From Octopus sinensis (taxonomy: Eukaryota): a stretch of DNA of 64,000 nucleotides. Each line of letters opens with the position of its first letter. The first letter of the stretch is position 1. A program made the translations under genes and the position numbers. The notes beneath the pieces were generated by a model. That model was not told the DNA's origin. It was given only the letters and a program-made list of their open reading frames with translations, and made no database searches. Where the stretch lies: contig NC_043002.1 of assembly GCF_006345805.1 (NCBI RefSeq), forward strand, positions 6,324,001 to 6,388,000, given 5' to 3'. Shown one piece after another: positions 37,749-49,610 of the stretch.

Positions 37749-38747
37749 GGTACATATTTTATTGACCCAGATAGGACGAACGACGAAATTAACCTCCGCG
37801 GAATTTGAACTCAGAACGTAAAGGCGGAGGAAATACTGCTGAGCATTTTGTCCGGCACCCTAATTATTCTATGAACTCGTTATCTTCATAGAATATCTGT
37901 AATATAGAATCATCAAGATGCAAGGCGGCGAGCTGGCAGAACCATTGACATACCGGACAAAATGCTTAGCAGTATTTCATCCGTCGTAATGTTCAGAGTT
38001 GAAATTCTGCCGAGGTTGACTTTATCTTTCATTCTTTCGATATCGATAAAATAAATATGAGTTGAGTATTGGGGGTCAATGCAATCGACTTACCCCCGCC
38101 TCATAAATTACTGGTCTTGTGCCAAAATTTGAAATCAATATTAGGTCATCAAGAAAAACATCTATGTGGTCACTAGAATAGTTATTAATAGCATCGGAAT
38201 ATCGCCCGCAAAATAAAATTTTGATTTTAATAAAAGGAAACGCACAAATAAATAAACTAGTCAACAGTTTAAAAAAATAAAAGGCAGAAAAATCACAACG
38301 AGAATGCCTTTACTTATATATCCCATCAAGTCTAAGCTGGGAACTAGACAACAATAACAGCACACGGGGCAACAACAGTATTATAGATAAGTCAGGGTTT
38401 CACATATGAGAATAAGTGAGTCGAAAAACATCGAGTAACTTTGATTGACAGTGCAATTAGAAGGAAAACACTTCCTCTAAAACAATAAGGAAGGCAATAG
38501 CTAACTCCAATACTATCAACCTGGAAATATTCTTGAGAATAAGGGTAATGCAGATGGGAATGGGGTTGGTAAAAGCAATGCACAGGTTCCAGTTTCATCA
38601 GGTGTTCTATGTATTTATGTATGTATGCATGTATGTATGTATGTATGTATGTATGTATGTATGTATGTATGTATGTATGTATGTATGTATGTGTGTGTAT
38701 ATGTCTATGTATATATACATGTATAAATGCATGCATACATACATACA

Positions 38748-38781
<34 letters not shown>

Positions 38782-38805
38782 CTTTATTTAAAAGCAGCAG
38801 AAATA

Positions 38806-38860
38806 TAACAAAAGCTGTTACTCGGAGTTTCACGTTCCCGTTCGTCGGACAGTTTTGTTA
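38806..38860 (-). ncRNA. Type I hammerhead-like motif with extended stem I
   Basis: Minus: TAACAAAACTGT-CCGACGA-ACG GGAA CGT-GAAA-CTC C GAG-TA-ACAG C TTTTGTTA; 12-bp stem I with one bulge; AATAAA downstream. Confidence 0.65.
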
Positions 38861-38866
38861 ATATAT

Positions 38867-38915
<49 letters not shown>

Positions 38916-41395
38916 CAAAGGGTAAAATTAATTAATTAAGAAGTAATCAATAATTTCACCAAGTAGAATTCGGCATGAAAAAGCAAATCTTTACTGAACC
39001 CTAATTATAAAGTATATATATATGTATCCTTTCAAAATTTCTCCCAGGCGTTCTTCCATTACGATGCATCTTGGCCGAACGACCCTTAAATGTTTATCTC
39101 CTTCGATTGTTTACTCTGTACGTCCATTCTGTCGTTCTTTGTTTGTTTGAAGCTCTAACTCTCCACAAATTTTATATTTTTACAATTTCTGGATGCTGCT
39201 CTTTTAAGGTTTCCTATCTTGTCGTTAAAAGCTCGAAATAGGTAGAAATAAGCAGTCGACAACTGAGGAGGAGTTAGATTTCATGCGGTATTTTGTTCGC
39301 TACTTATATTTGTGCGTTTCTGTATTTTCCACTCGTTGATTACATCCTGTACTTAATGTGTACTTTTTTGGTATTTGTCCATGTATTTTTCACTCGCTGG
39401 TGATGTCCTGTACTTAATGTGTATTTTTAATTATTTATAATTGAACGCGACACAGGGTTTGTCAACAGTAAGTTTAAACACACACACACACACATATATA
39501 TATGTGTGTGTGTGTGTGTCTCTCTGTATATATGTATGTGTATATATGTATATGTATGTATATATATGTGTGTGTGTATGTGCATGTGTGTGTGTGTGTG
39601 TGTGTGTTTGTGTATCATCGGTTGGAACTGGATTTTCAGTTACAAGGACATTCTGTGTTACATTTACTTCTTTGTAATTGTTTACAATATCTGCTGAGTT
39701 AGTAAGAGGAGCTTTTTGTGATATCTGCACGATTATTTAAGACAGAGAGAGTGAGAGAGAGAGAGTGAGAGAGAGAGAGAGAAAGAAAGAGAAAGAGAAA
39801 GAAGGAGAGAGAGAGAGGAGGGAAGATCGCTTGATAATATACCAACATCCTATTTCTCTACGCATTAATCAATAGATGCATGGCCAAAGATTATAAGCCT
39901 TCATTCCGTGACCACCTCGTCTTTTAGTATAAAGGTAGATACAGTTTCTTTCCTTCCTTTTTTGAGATAATGGTGTGTGTGCTTTTCTCTCATTGGATTG
40001 TCAGATCGGGAGCGCAGCATACGGGGATTCTTCCCCAACATTTTCGCTGAACAAACGCACCTATGGGCAAAGACACTCTGCTATCAACATCAACGATATC
40101 ATTTTTAACAATGTGTCCCCTTCACTTTGTTAAAACAGAAGCAACGATACCACTGGTTGGAAGGGTTTAATCTCGGCTCGGGTCTCATCGTTTATAAACA
40201 TAAAGTAGACCCTTAGAAGTATGCTCTAGGGAGGCCTCGGTGGGTCACTCGATCTAGAATTACATCCAAATAGCCTTTAAATCATGTCATACTATCTCAA
40301 AAGGTTAAGGGTTTATTAGATAATTGGATCTTGGATACATGATTGAGTAAAGGATGAAATGGTCATGACTGGAACGCTATTAATAGCTTCAGTCTGAGAT
40401 GAAGTGGGGCCAAACAAGAACAACAAAAACCTAGACAGAAGATCTCGGCAGATGATCACCGAAATCGATTTCGTGCTGGCACCATATTGATTTGATAGTC
40501 TAAAAGTAATACCTTTTTACTTTAAGCAAACGAAAATAATAAAGCGGGATAATTTTTAACCATTCTGCCCGTAAATGTAAATATTGTTGTTAGGTCACGG
40601 GTGGAGAAAGCACAAGTCATTAACCTAAAAGTGAAGAGGTAAAAATAACAGATGTGATCCGAAACGAGCGCTCAAAATTACAACCAAATACTACTATCTG
40701 TACCTTTAGACCACTAACTTAACGGTGGAGTCATAAAATTCACACATGGTATCACATGTATATAATATATAACAATTCAACAATACAACCAATCATATCT
40801 AGATTGACGACTATATTTCTATTGTAAATAATAGATATAGTAATATGATCAATTATTCGAGAAACGCCTATGAATCTATTTGATCATAGTTTGAAGTTGG
40901 CCATGCGTTCCACTAATGATTCAACAGGGGAGATGCTGATTACATAGAATTCAGTAAAGAAATATTTAAAAACATCAAAAACAGCAGCAACAACAAAGAA
41001 AAAGACTACTAAACACTATTAACGCAAATGAAAACAATGAAGTGGCTTTGGGGAATTATCATAATAATAATAATAATAATGATAATAATAATTATTATTA
41101 TTATCATTACTATTATTATTAAAACAAAAAGAAACTATTATTACAATGGGCGTTAGTGTGGAGAAAATGGTGAAGCGATGATCAAAAATGTCTTGTGGTA
41201 TTTAGCTACGTAGCTATATATTCTTGGTTCGAATTCAGATTGATTTTCTCCCCCTTACAGTCTTTTGGACGTCGGAGGTGTCCTATAATGTAGGTACCAG
41301 TAAAATTCTAAATCTCTTTATTAATCCGTGTCCTTTGCCGAAATATGTGCTCTTGTGCTGATATTGTAATCCTTTTTCCTTTAATTAGATTGATT

Positions 41396-41737
41396 GAGAC
41401 CCCCTTCGGTCATGACTGACCGTGGGATTGCACCTAGAAAGTTACCCTCCCAGGCGCAAATCCGGGCAAGGTTGTTTATGGAAGACCAGCAGTCGCCCAT
41501 GCATACCGGCTTCCCCTCTCCACGCCACCAGTGTTATCCAAGGGAAAGAAAGGCAAAGGGGCCGATACAGCTTGGCACCTGTGACGTTGCAACTCATTTC
41601 TACAGCTGAGTTAACCGGAGCAACGTGAAATAAAGTGTCTTGCTCAAGAACACAACACGCAGCCCGGTCCGGAATTCGAACTCACAACCTCACGATCGTA
41701 AGCTCGACGCTCTAACCACTGAGCCATGCGCCTTCAC
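41396..41737 (-). mobile_element. tRNA-derived SINE family D
   Basis: Head GTGAAGGCGCATGGCTCAGTGGTTAGAGCG...GAGTTCGAATTCC, central GTTCTTGAGCAAGACACTTTA...CAGCTGTAGAAATGAG; a decayed relative at ~63650-63800. Confidence 0.85.
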
Positions 41738-43103
41738 TTTTCCTTTAATACTGCTGTTATTACTATTGTTTAGTCCCAGGTCCTCACTGATGAAGCACAT
41801 TCACGAACAAAGCGTTCCAGTAGCGGCGGTTTCTTATAATGGAAAACGATAACAAATTAGAGCGGTTGTATGCTGTCAACTTAACGTGACAGTCCCGTAA
41901 AGGGAATCAGAACACCGCTATTTAACCCTAGGAAACAACGCTTCCTGTCGGCTTTGACACATTACCTGTGTCCTTATATTTGCAAAGGGGAGACAAGCAC
42001 CCCCACCAGCTAGGCCTGCATCCAGAGACATGTTTCTGAGTCTTTGCTCGTTTATTAGTCCAGGGTATCCAGTCCTGCTAGTTGAAGATGCCCGCCAAGG
42101 ATTCGCAAATATATATATATTTACAGTGCAATCTATTCACTGGTCACCGAAATTAGAAATATTGAATTTCTAAATGTCTCAGAGAGACAGAGAATGCTAG
42201 GGAAGAGATGCTACTGGACCAGCAAGTTCAGAAAATCGGATGTCCTTGTTGTTGCAATAGAAAAGGGAGAGAGGGAGGGAGAGAGAGAGAGGTGGTCTTG
42301 TATAATATTTACTCAATATTCCTACTTTTGAGGAAAATTGTTAACGAGGAGTGCACACACGAGTTTGATGTTACCAAAAATACGTCTCTGCTGTTTGTGT
42401 TGCTATACAATTCGTATTCTGTTGGTGACAAGGAATTTGAGAAAAAATTTGATTGCTTTTTTTTAACTGTTTGTATTGAAGTGTCAATAGTGCATAGACA
42501 GAAGAAAGAAATAGCAGCAGACCACACAAATCAATGGTAGAATGTTTCTCGTTCTAAGTAGTAAAAAACAATTAGAATTCAGTTAGTAACAAATTTATCG
42601 CCATCTAACGTGAGGCTCCCTCTTTCGCTCGATACTTTTCTGGAAGTAACGAGCGAATGTAATAAATGTAATCTACTGGAAATAACAAAATGTTCCAGAA
42701 GTTCTATCCATCCGTTTTAGGAAAGGACTGGGACACGTAAGATTATGTAGTCCTAGAGAACCCTGAAAATCCGGATGATCATTCAACTCGGCTGGAATGT
42801 TTTTGATCGTAGGTCTACCCCAACGTATATGACCCTGAGCTAAATAATAATAAAACATGCAGTGCCAAAGTAGGGGCTTCGTATTGGCTTTTTGAACTTT
42901 TTAAAACTGTACCCAAATCTCCCCCAAATTATTAAGTTAGCTTTAAAAACAAAGGAAGAAAATAACACAATATCTGAAAAAAAAAATACACAGATGTTTG
43001 ATTGAAGGAGAAATGACTTGAATCCTATGATCAAAGGTTTCTAGTCACAAACATCGACAACTTTTTAGGCAATATCCATTTAGCATGTACTATGGAATGT
43101 ACC

Positions 43104-43330
43104 TATTTCTTTACTACCCACAAGGAGCTAAACACAGGACAAACAAAGACAGACAAACGGTTTAAGTCGATTATATCGACCCCAGTGCGTAACTGGTACT
43201 TAATTTATCGACCCCGAAAGGATGAAAAGCAAAGTCGACCTCGGCGGAATTTGAATTCAGAACGTAACGGCAGACGAAATACGGCTACGCATTCGCCCGG
43301 CGTGCTAACATTTCTGCCTGCTCACCGCCT
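43104..43330 (-). mobile_element. SINE family A
   Basis: TSD TACTATGGAA(T/C)GTACC at 43088-43103 and 43334-43349. Confidence 0.92.
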
Positions 43331-44199
43331 TTTTACTATGGAACGTACCACGTCCACAAAATCAGCGTAAGCTGGTTTTATAGATTCAACCGAGATATTG
43401 CTCCACACTATGCGTCGTTCCATCCAAGTCGCGAATGATCTGTTTCCCACCACAAAGAGGCCAGTGATGGAAGGTGAAATTTGAATTCGGAACATAAAAG
43501 GCCGAAAAAGATACCACAAAGTAACTGTTCTGATGTATTTTCCCCAATCCACTGTTGTGGGGAGGTATTTTGAAGCTCTGATGAACGGAAAGCAAAGTTG
43601 AGACCTATGAGATTTGAACTTGAACTCAGGACATAGAGAAGTGAACTTACGTTTTCTGTAGGCTCGAGAAAAAGAGGTACTACAGTAGCAATAAATGTTA
43701 ATAAAGGGCATCCACAATTCCATATACATACATTTTTTTCTGAATAGAGAATATACGTAAATTTAATGAAAACTTTATGAGCATTAACAGAAGAATATCA
43801 AACTGTTTTCTTTGCAAAAGAAACCGAAAACTCAAAACTTTTAATAAGTTTAGGAAAGATAGGATCACAGATTTGGTCGTGCCGGAAAAGAGTTAATGTC
43901 ACAAATTAAATTTCCTTTAACTCTGCACTCTAAAAGCACAAAGTTTCTTCTGACGTAAAACTTTTTTTTGCTGTTTCTTGATCACCATATCAAATATGAA
44001 CTTGATATTAAAAGCGACGAAGTGGAAGGGTTGTTAGTAAAGAAGAAAATAAATAGGAATAAATAAATAAAATAATTCCTGCAGACATACATATTAACAG
44101 AATATAACGATAGGTTAAATAATGAATTTACAAACTTTGTTTGTACACATTATTTACATTATTTACATTCGACGGATATTTGTTCTCATCGTTTGTGTT

Positions 44200-44245
44200 A
44201 ACACAACGTTTCGGCTGATATACCCTCCAGCCTTCTTCAGGTAGC
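44200..44245 (-). ncRNA. Minimal type I hammerhead
   Basis: Minus: GCTAC-CTGAAGA-A-GGCTG GAGGGTATAT CAGCC-GAAA-CG-TT-GTGTT; core intact, stem I weakened. Confidence 0.65.
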
Positions 44246-44318
44246 TTGGGGTAATTTCGAACCTGAGTTCTCGTTCTTACGGTATTTTTCGATGTTATTA
44301 TTATTATTATTATTATTA

Positions 44319-44346
<28 letters not shown>

Positions 44347-44350
<4 letters not shown>

Positions 44351-44421
44351 TCACTGCTTGGAATCGAACTCGGAATCTTGGGGTTAGTAGCCCGCGCTCT
44401 TAACCACTAGGCCATATGCCC
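44347..44421 (-). other. tRNA-like Pol III head (second identical copy at 44766-44840)
   Basis: GGGCATATGGCCTAGTGGTTAAGAGCG (A box)...GAGTTCGATTCC (B box); anticodon stem poorly paired, so not a functional tRNA. Confidence 0.75.
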
Positions 44422-44706
44422 GTGCGACCTTTTGAGCGAGATGGGTTATTCGATCAGAAGAAAATTCTAACTGGGCCCCACCCGCAAAGTCATGTGCTGT
44501 TTATCTTGATATGAGATCACCATGTCGTGCACATATGGTTGTAATGCATGTGCCCAGTGTACCCTTATCAGACGGGTAGTCATGATGGTATACTGGGCTT
44601 CGTATATTTTACCCCAGTGTCACTTTGATGGCATGCACTGCTCTCTCACATAATAATAATAATAATAATAATAATAATATAATAATAATAATAATAATAA
44701 ATATTA

Positions 44707-44769
<63 letters not shown>

Positions 44770-45068
44770 TCACTGCTTGGAATCGAACTCGGAATCTTGG
44801 GGTTAGTAGCCCGCGCTCTTAACCACTAGGCCATATGCCCGTGCGACCTTTTGAGCGAGATGGGTTATTCGATCAGAAGAAAATTCTAACTGGGCCCCAC
44901 CCGCAAAGTCATGTGCTGTTTATCTTGATATGAGATCACCATGTCGTGCACATATGGTTGTAATGCATGTGCCCAGTGTACCCTTATCAGACGGGTAGTC
45001 ATGATGGTATACTGGGCTTCGTATATTTTACCCCAGTGTCACTTTGATGGCATGCACTGCTCTCTCAC

Positions 45069-45126
<58 letters not shown>

Positions 45127-45129
45127 TTA

Positions 45130-45191
<62 letters not shown>

Positions 45192-45241
45192 ACATCGAAA
45201 AATACCTTAGGAATGAGAATCCAAGTTCGAAATTTCCCCTA

Positions 45242-45287
45242 GACACCTGAAGAAGGCTGGAGAGTATATCAGCCAGAACGTTGTGTT
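45242..45287 (+). ncRNA. Minimal type I hammerhead, core mutated (GAAA>AGAA)
   Basis: GACAC-CTGAAGA-A-GGCTG GAGAGTATAT CAGCC-AGAA-CG-TT-GTGTT; stem I intact. Confidence 0.55.
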
Positions 45288-45931
45288 AACAACAAACAAG
45301 ATGAGGACAAAATACCCGCCGAATGTAAATAATGTGCATAATTCCTCATCTCTTAAATATAGAACTTTGTAATAAATGCATACAAAATAAACATATGTCC
45401 ACCGGTTTTGGTAATTAGTTTTCAGCTGCCCAATCAACTAAACTAGCCACTCGTGCATTTCTCGTGTAACAGGCTGAGCATTTTACGGACACGTAATGTA
45501 ATTTTCACATGGAATCAGTGTGATACAGCGAAACAAGTCTGTGTCTTTGAATTGCAAGTACAATGCATGTGACATGTATCCGCAGTTTTCCTCGACCCAG
45601 TTTCACTCTGAAGGCTTTCGTGGAGCCGAACGTATGGTAGAAGTAAACTGCTCGACATTTTAGAGGATATCCTGATGACGAACGACATGTTTTAAGCATT
45701 CGACATTGCTGTGTCTATACATGTACACATACACAAATATAAACATACATACAAATATAAACAAATATAAATGAATATAAACATATGAATATAAATATAA
45801 ACATACAAATATAAACATACATACTCGTCCATACGTACAATGACATGAATGCATACATACATACATACATACATGATGTTAGTTAGTTAGTTAGTTAGTT
45901 AATTTGGCTCAAAAGCAAATAGCAAGGCCAT

Positions 45932-48165
45932 GTGTTAAGGACTCGAGATCCTACTCTTCCTTTAGTTCTGTCCGCTCTGACCATAGAATTGTATCAGCTA
46001 CCGTTAAGCTTGGTCTTCGCTCATCCAAAAAAACTAAGCCTCACCCGATCAAAATGATCGACTGGGAGGAAGTCTTATCTAACCCCGATATGTCCAAACA
46101 ATTTACTATCGAGGTCTATAACAAATTTCAATCTCTGTCTACTTCTGAAATAGATGCTGAGAACATTGAGGAAGTATACAGCAGCCTCATCAAATCAACA
46201 GAGGAAGTTGCACTGGCTACTCTTCCCAAAAGGAAGAGTAGGGGCCAGAGCAAACCTTCTAATTCCCCAAATGTCATCGAAGCCAGAAACCATCTAAAGT
46301 CTATATCACTAGATTACCACCGTTCTCCATCCCAGTCACTGAAGATCCAACTCATAGCTGCCAGGAAGAATCTTGATGAGGCTTACTTGAACGCCGAGGT
46401 CGAATTTATCAATGGCAAAATTAGTAAACTATCGAAAGAGCACATTAGTAAAAAACACCATCTCGCCTGGAATCCATCAAAGACCTATCAGGCAAAAATT
46501 CTGGGTCATCAATTAGAATTAAAGGGGGATCAGCTAAGAAGCGTTTAGAAAATTGGTCAACCCATTTTAAAAACCTCCTTGGGAAGAATGCCAAAATCCC
46601 TGATAACCCCACTCTCCCAAGTGTGCCTATATCAGACACGCTGGACATCAACACCTCCCATTTTACCATATTTGAACTAACAGCAGCCACCAAGCAACTA
46701 AAAGCCTCGAAAGCATTTGGTCCCGACAACATTCCGGCTGTGATTTGGAAGGATGATAGATTTCACACACTTTTGCTTAACCTCTGCAACCACACACTTT
46801 CCACCTTTGTCGCTCCAAAGATTTGGCACCAGTCTCAAATCATTCCAATACCCAAAAAAGGCGATTTGTCCCTCGTCACCAACTACAGGGGCATATCTCT
46901 AATGTCAATTGCTGCAAAACTGTACAACAAACTGATCCTAAATCGTCTTGTCCTTTTTGTTGAACCTTTGCTCCGAAAGAACCAAAATGGATTCAGACAT
47001 GGGCGCTCAACGCTGAGCCAGATACTATGCCTGCGCAGACTTATTGAAGAATCAAAAGCATTTAATCGCGATCTTGCAATGGTATTTGTAGACTTTTCTA
47101 AAGCGTTCGATTCTGTAGATAGGTGCAAGATGTTTGAAATCCTTAAGCTCTATGGGATACCAGACAAAATTATTTCTGCCATCAAGGTCCTCTACACAGA
47201 TACGTCTTCAACCATCTTAACCCCTGATGGAGAAACATCATCTTTCTCGATCGAGGCCGGAATACTGCAGGGAGACACACTCGCCCCATTTCTTTTCTTC
47301 ATTGTTGTTGATTATGTGCTACGTATGTCAGTTGATACCATCTCTGGCAAGGGCTTTAAAATAAAACCAAGAAGAAGTTCCAGACACCCAGCTGAGTACT
47401 TGACAGACACTGACTTTGCTGACGACATCGCTCTTATCAGTGATTCTCTCTCCAATGCCCAGTCTCTTTTACAATCTCTTGAACAAGCCTCAAATTGTGT
47501 AGGTCTTTACCTTAATGAGACCAAAACTGAATACATAAACAAGTGATTGCATCATCCACACTCTCAACAGTGCACCTTTAAATATGGTTTCTGATTATAA
47601 ATATCTTGGGTCATACATATCATCATCTGGAAAAGACTTTCTAACTAGAAAGGGTATGGCCTGGTCAGCCTGTAATGACATGCATAAGATCTGGTCATCA
47701 AATCTAAGTAGAGACTTCAAACTTGAAATATTCAAAGCCACAGTCGAACCAATCCTACTATATGGCTCAGAAACCTGGACGTTATCAAAGAAGCTTGAGA
47801 GGCGGTTGGATGGAACCTACACTCGCCTCCTTATGAGAGCTCAAAATCTCTCGTGGAGGCGCCATCCAACTAAAATGCAAATATATGGGAAATTACCACC
47901 TGTGTCATCTCTTGTGAAGGGTAGGAGAGTCCAGTTTGCTGGACATTGTTGTAGAGCTGAAAAAGAAGTAATTTCTACTCTTCTCCTCTGGAAGCCATCT
48001 ACTCGCAACACCAGAGGGCGCACACTCTCCTACCCTGATGTAATCTCCAGGGATACAGGCATCCAGCAACAGGACCTCCGTAATGCTATGATGGACCGTG
48101 AAGTCTGGCGCAACATGGTAAATTCCATTGTCTCGACCACGGTCGAACAATGATGAATGATGAGG
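45932..48165 (+). mobile_element. RTE-clade LINE, 5'-truncated in the AP endonuclease, RT nearly intact (two lesions), (TGA)n tail
   Basis: SDHRIV; FGPDNIP, IIPIPKKGDLSLVTNYRGISL, QNGFRHGRST, FVDFSKAFDSV, GILQGDTLAPFLF, DFADDI, YKYLGS, LLYGSETWT, FAGHC; frameshift ~46470 and stop/frameshift ~47545. Confidence 0.95.
46623..47546 (+). pseudogene. RTE reverse transcriptase domain (open segment, 307 aa)
   Basis: RT motifs as above, with YADD-type DFADDI. Confidence 0.9.
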
Positions 48166-48169
48166 GGGA

Positions 48170-48240
48170 CATGAAGTTAAGTACAGGGTGGTGTTCATGT
48201 AAAGAGTTCAGGCCACTTGAGGTCCAGGGAGGCTTTGGAG
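48170..48240 (-). mobile_element. CR1-type LINE 3' end split by the RTE; remainder at ~45880-45932 with (TAAC)n tail
   Basis: Minus KASLDLKWPELFT*; the two RTE flanks read as one sequence AAGGCCATGT|AGGGGGACATG. Confidence 0.6.
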
Positions 48241-48418
48241 CACTCCGTCGGTTAGGGCGATGAGGGTCCCAGTTGATACGATCAACGGAACAGCGTGATC
48301 GTGAAATTAACGTGCAAGTGGTTGGGCATTCCACAGACACGTGTACCCTTTACGCAGTTCTCAGAGAGATTCAGCGGGACACAGAGTATGACAAGGCCGG
48401 CCCTTTGAAATACAGGTT
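48235..48418 (-). mobile_element. SINE family C tail variant 3 (headless)
   Basis: Matches 62147-62330. Confidence 0.85.
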
Positions 48419-49179
48419 CTATAAAAAAACAAAAGAAAAAAAAAACCTCTCTTCGGATAATGTAGCATAATAGAAAAACATGAGGCGGAGGAGGAGGTTT
48501 GATAAAGATTTTGATACTGATACATACTGTTGACGTTCTACTAAAGTCTATTCACCTCTCTGCAAAGTGACAGGGTGCGGAGAGTGAAATCGACATACAA
48601 GCCAGGAACGAATACGCGACATGTCATAAGGTTAATCTTTTTATAATCGAAGAACAAAATATAGCAATACAGTACTTGTTGAGAAAAAGGCCTATTGAAT
48701 CTCTGGCATCTCTAGAATGGAAGCCAAAATGTTGATAAATTTATATACCTAATGAAGATATCTTACACGTGATCGATCGCTTCTATTTTATATTTTCAAC
48801 GCATTATCTCATGATTACATCGGTTCTTAAAACAGTTGGCAAATGCATGCTTCTCGATTGAGAGTGATGGTTGACTGCGCTGAACTTTAAGAGCACAATG
48901 CAAGAAGTGAATGCATGGTTCAAATTGTTAGCGTTTCATCCCTAAATACCGCAATGTATTTCGTTTTCAGGAGAGAATCGAATAGAACGCTGGGAGTATT
49001 TAGTTTCAGCCCTTAACATTTTGAGATAAAATCGGAAGTTTCATTTTGACTTCAATCAATTTTGAGAAAGAAAGAAAAGAGGAAAAGAAAAAAAACAACC
49101 TCAGTTTTTCAATAAATGGGCCAATTTAATTGAGTCTGCACGCCCAAAATTGAAATCTTGTGCTTATAACATCACCTTG

Positions 49180-49610
49180 GGATCTTTTCGGTTTGATCGG
49201 CAGTTTTTTAAAATAATTTCCACGCAACTAAACACTTTTAAACTTCGTATACTGGTAGAATATGTTTATAAAACATCTTTTTCTCTTGGCTTTATTGAGA
49301 AAATTTTATAGTTTGTAAGATATTTGTTGGTGTTTTTCAATTTCTGCAATTTCAACCAATCACTGACGTCTATTGAGGTGAAAGCATTCTGTGCCGTATG
49401 AATATATCCTTCGTTTAAGAAACAGATTGGGTTTATTCACATTTCTGAAGAAAAAATATACCCTTCCCCCCACCCCTTACCCTAACCCTAACTCTAACTC
49501 TAACCCTAAAACAGATTGAAATGCAATAGATCGATTCTAGGGTCATAATTATGGGTGACAATTTCATATCACACCGCTAGAAAAAACTGACGTTCAAACC
49601 GAAGAGATCC
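49180..49610. mobile_element. MITE with 29-bp TIRs (GGATC...GATCC), 7-8 bp TSD, internal telomere-like tract
   Basis: GGATCTTTTCGGTTTGATCGGCAGTTTTT / AAAAACTGACGTTCAAACCGAAGAGATCC (3 mismatches); flanks (T/G)CACCTTG; (CCCTAA)-like array at 49480-49509. Confidence 0.85.

Larger units (their letters stand above)
44135..45365. mobile_element. Composite non-autonomous element: inverted hammerhead-bearing termini flanking two tandem 303-bp tRNA-head/spacer units
   Basis: 44140-44293 (-) and 45191-45345 (+) are inverted copies of one module; 44347-44649 equals 44766-45068; units are joined by (AAT)n/(TTA)n. Confidence 0.75.

Noticed and set aside
39980-40130. Possible exon after TTGTCAG acceptor
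   Set aside because: All frames close within ~45 codons with no recognisable motif; unsupported without RNA data.
44347-44421. Possible tRNA-Ser(ACT) gene and other tRNA-like heads
   Set aside because: Acceptor and anticodon stems are poorly paired, there is no long variable arm, and they are embedded in repeats; these are SINE heads.
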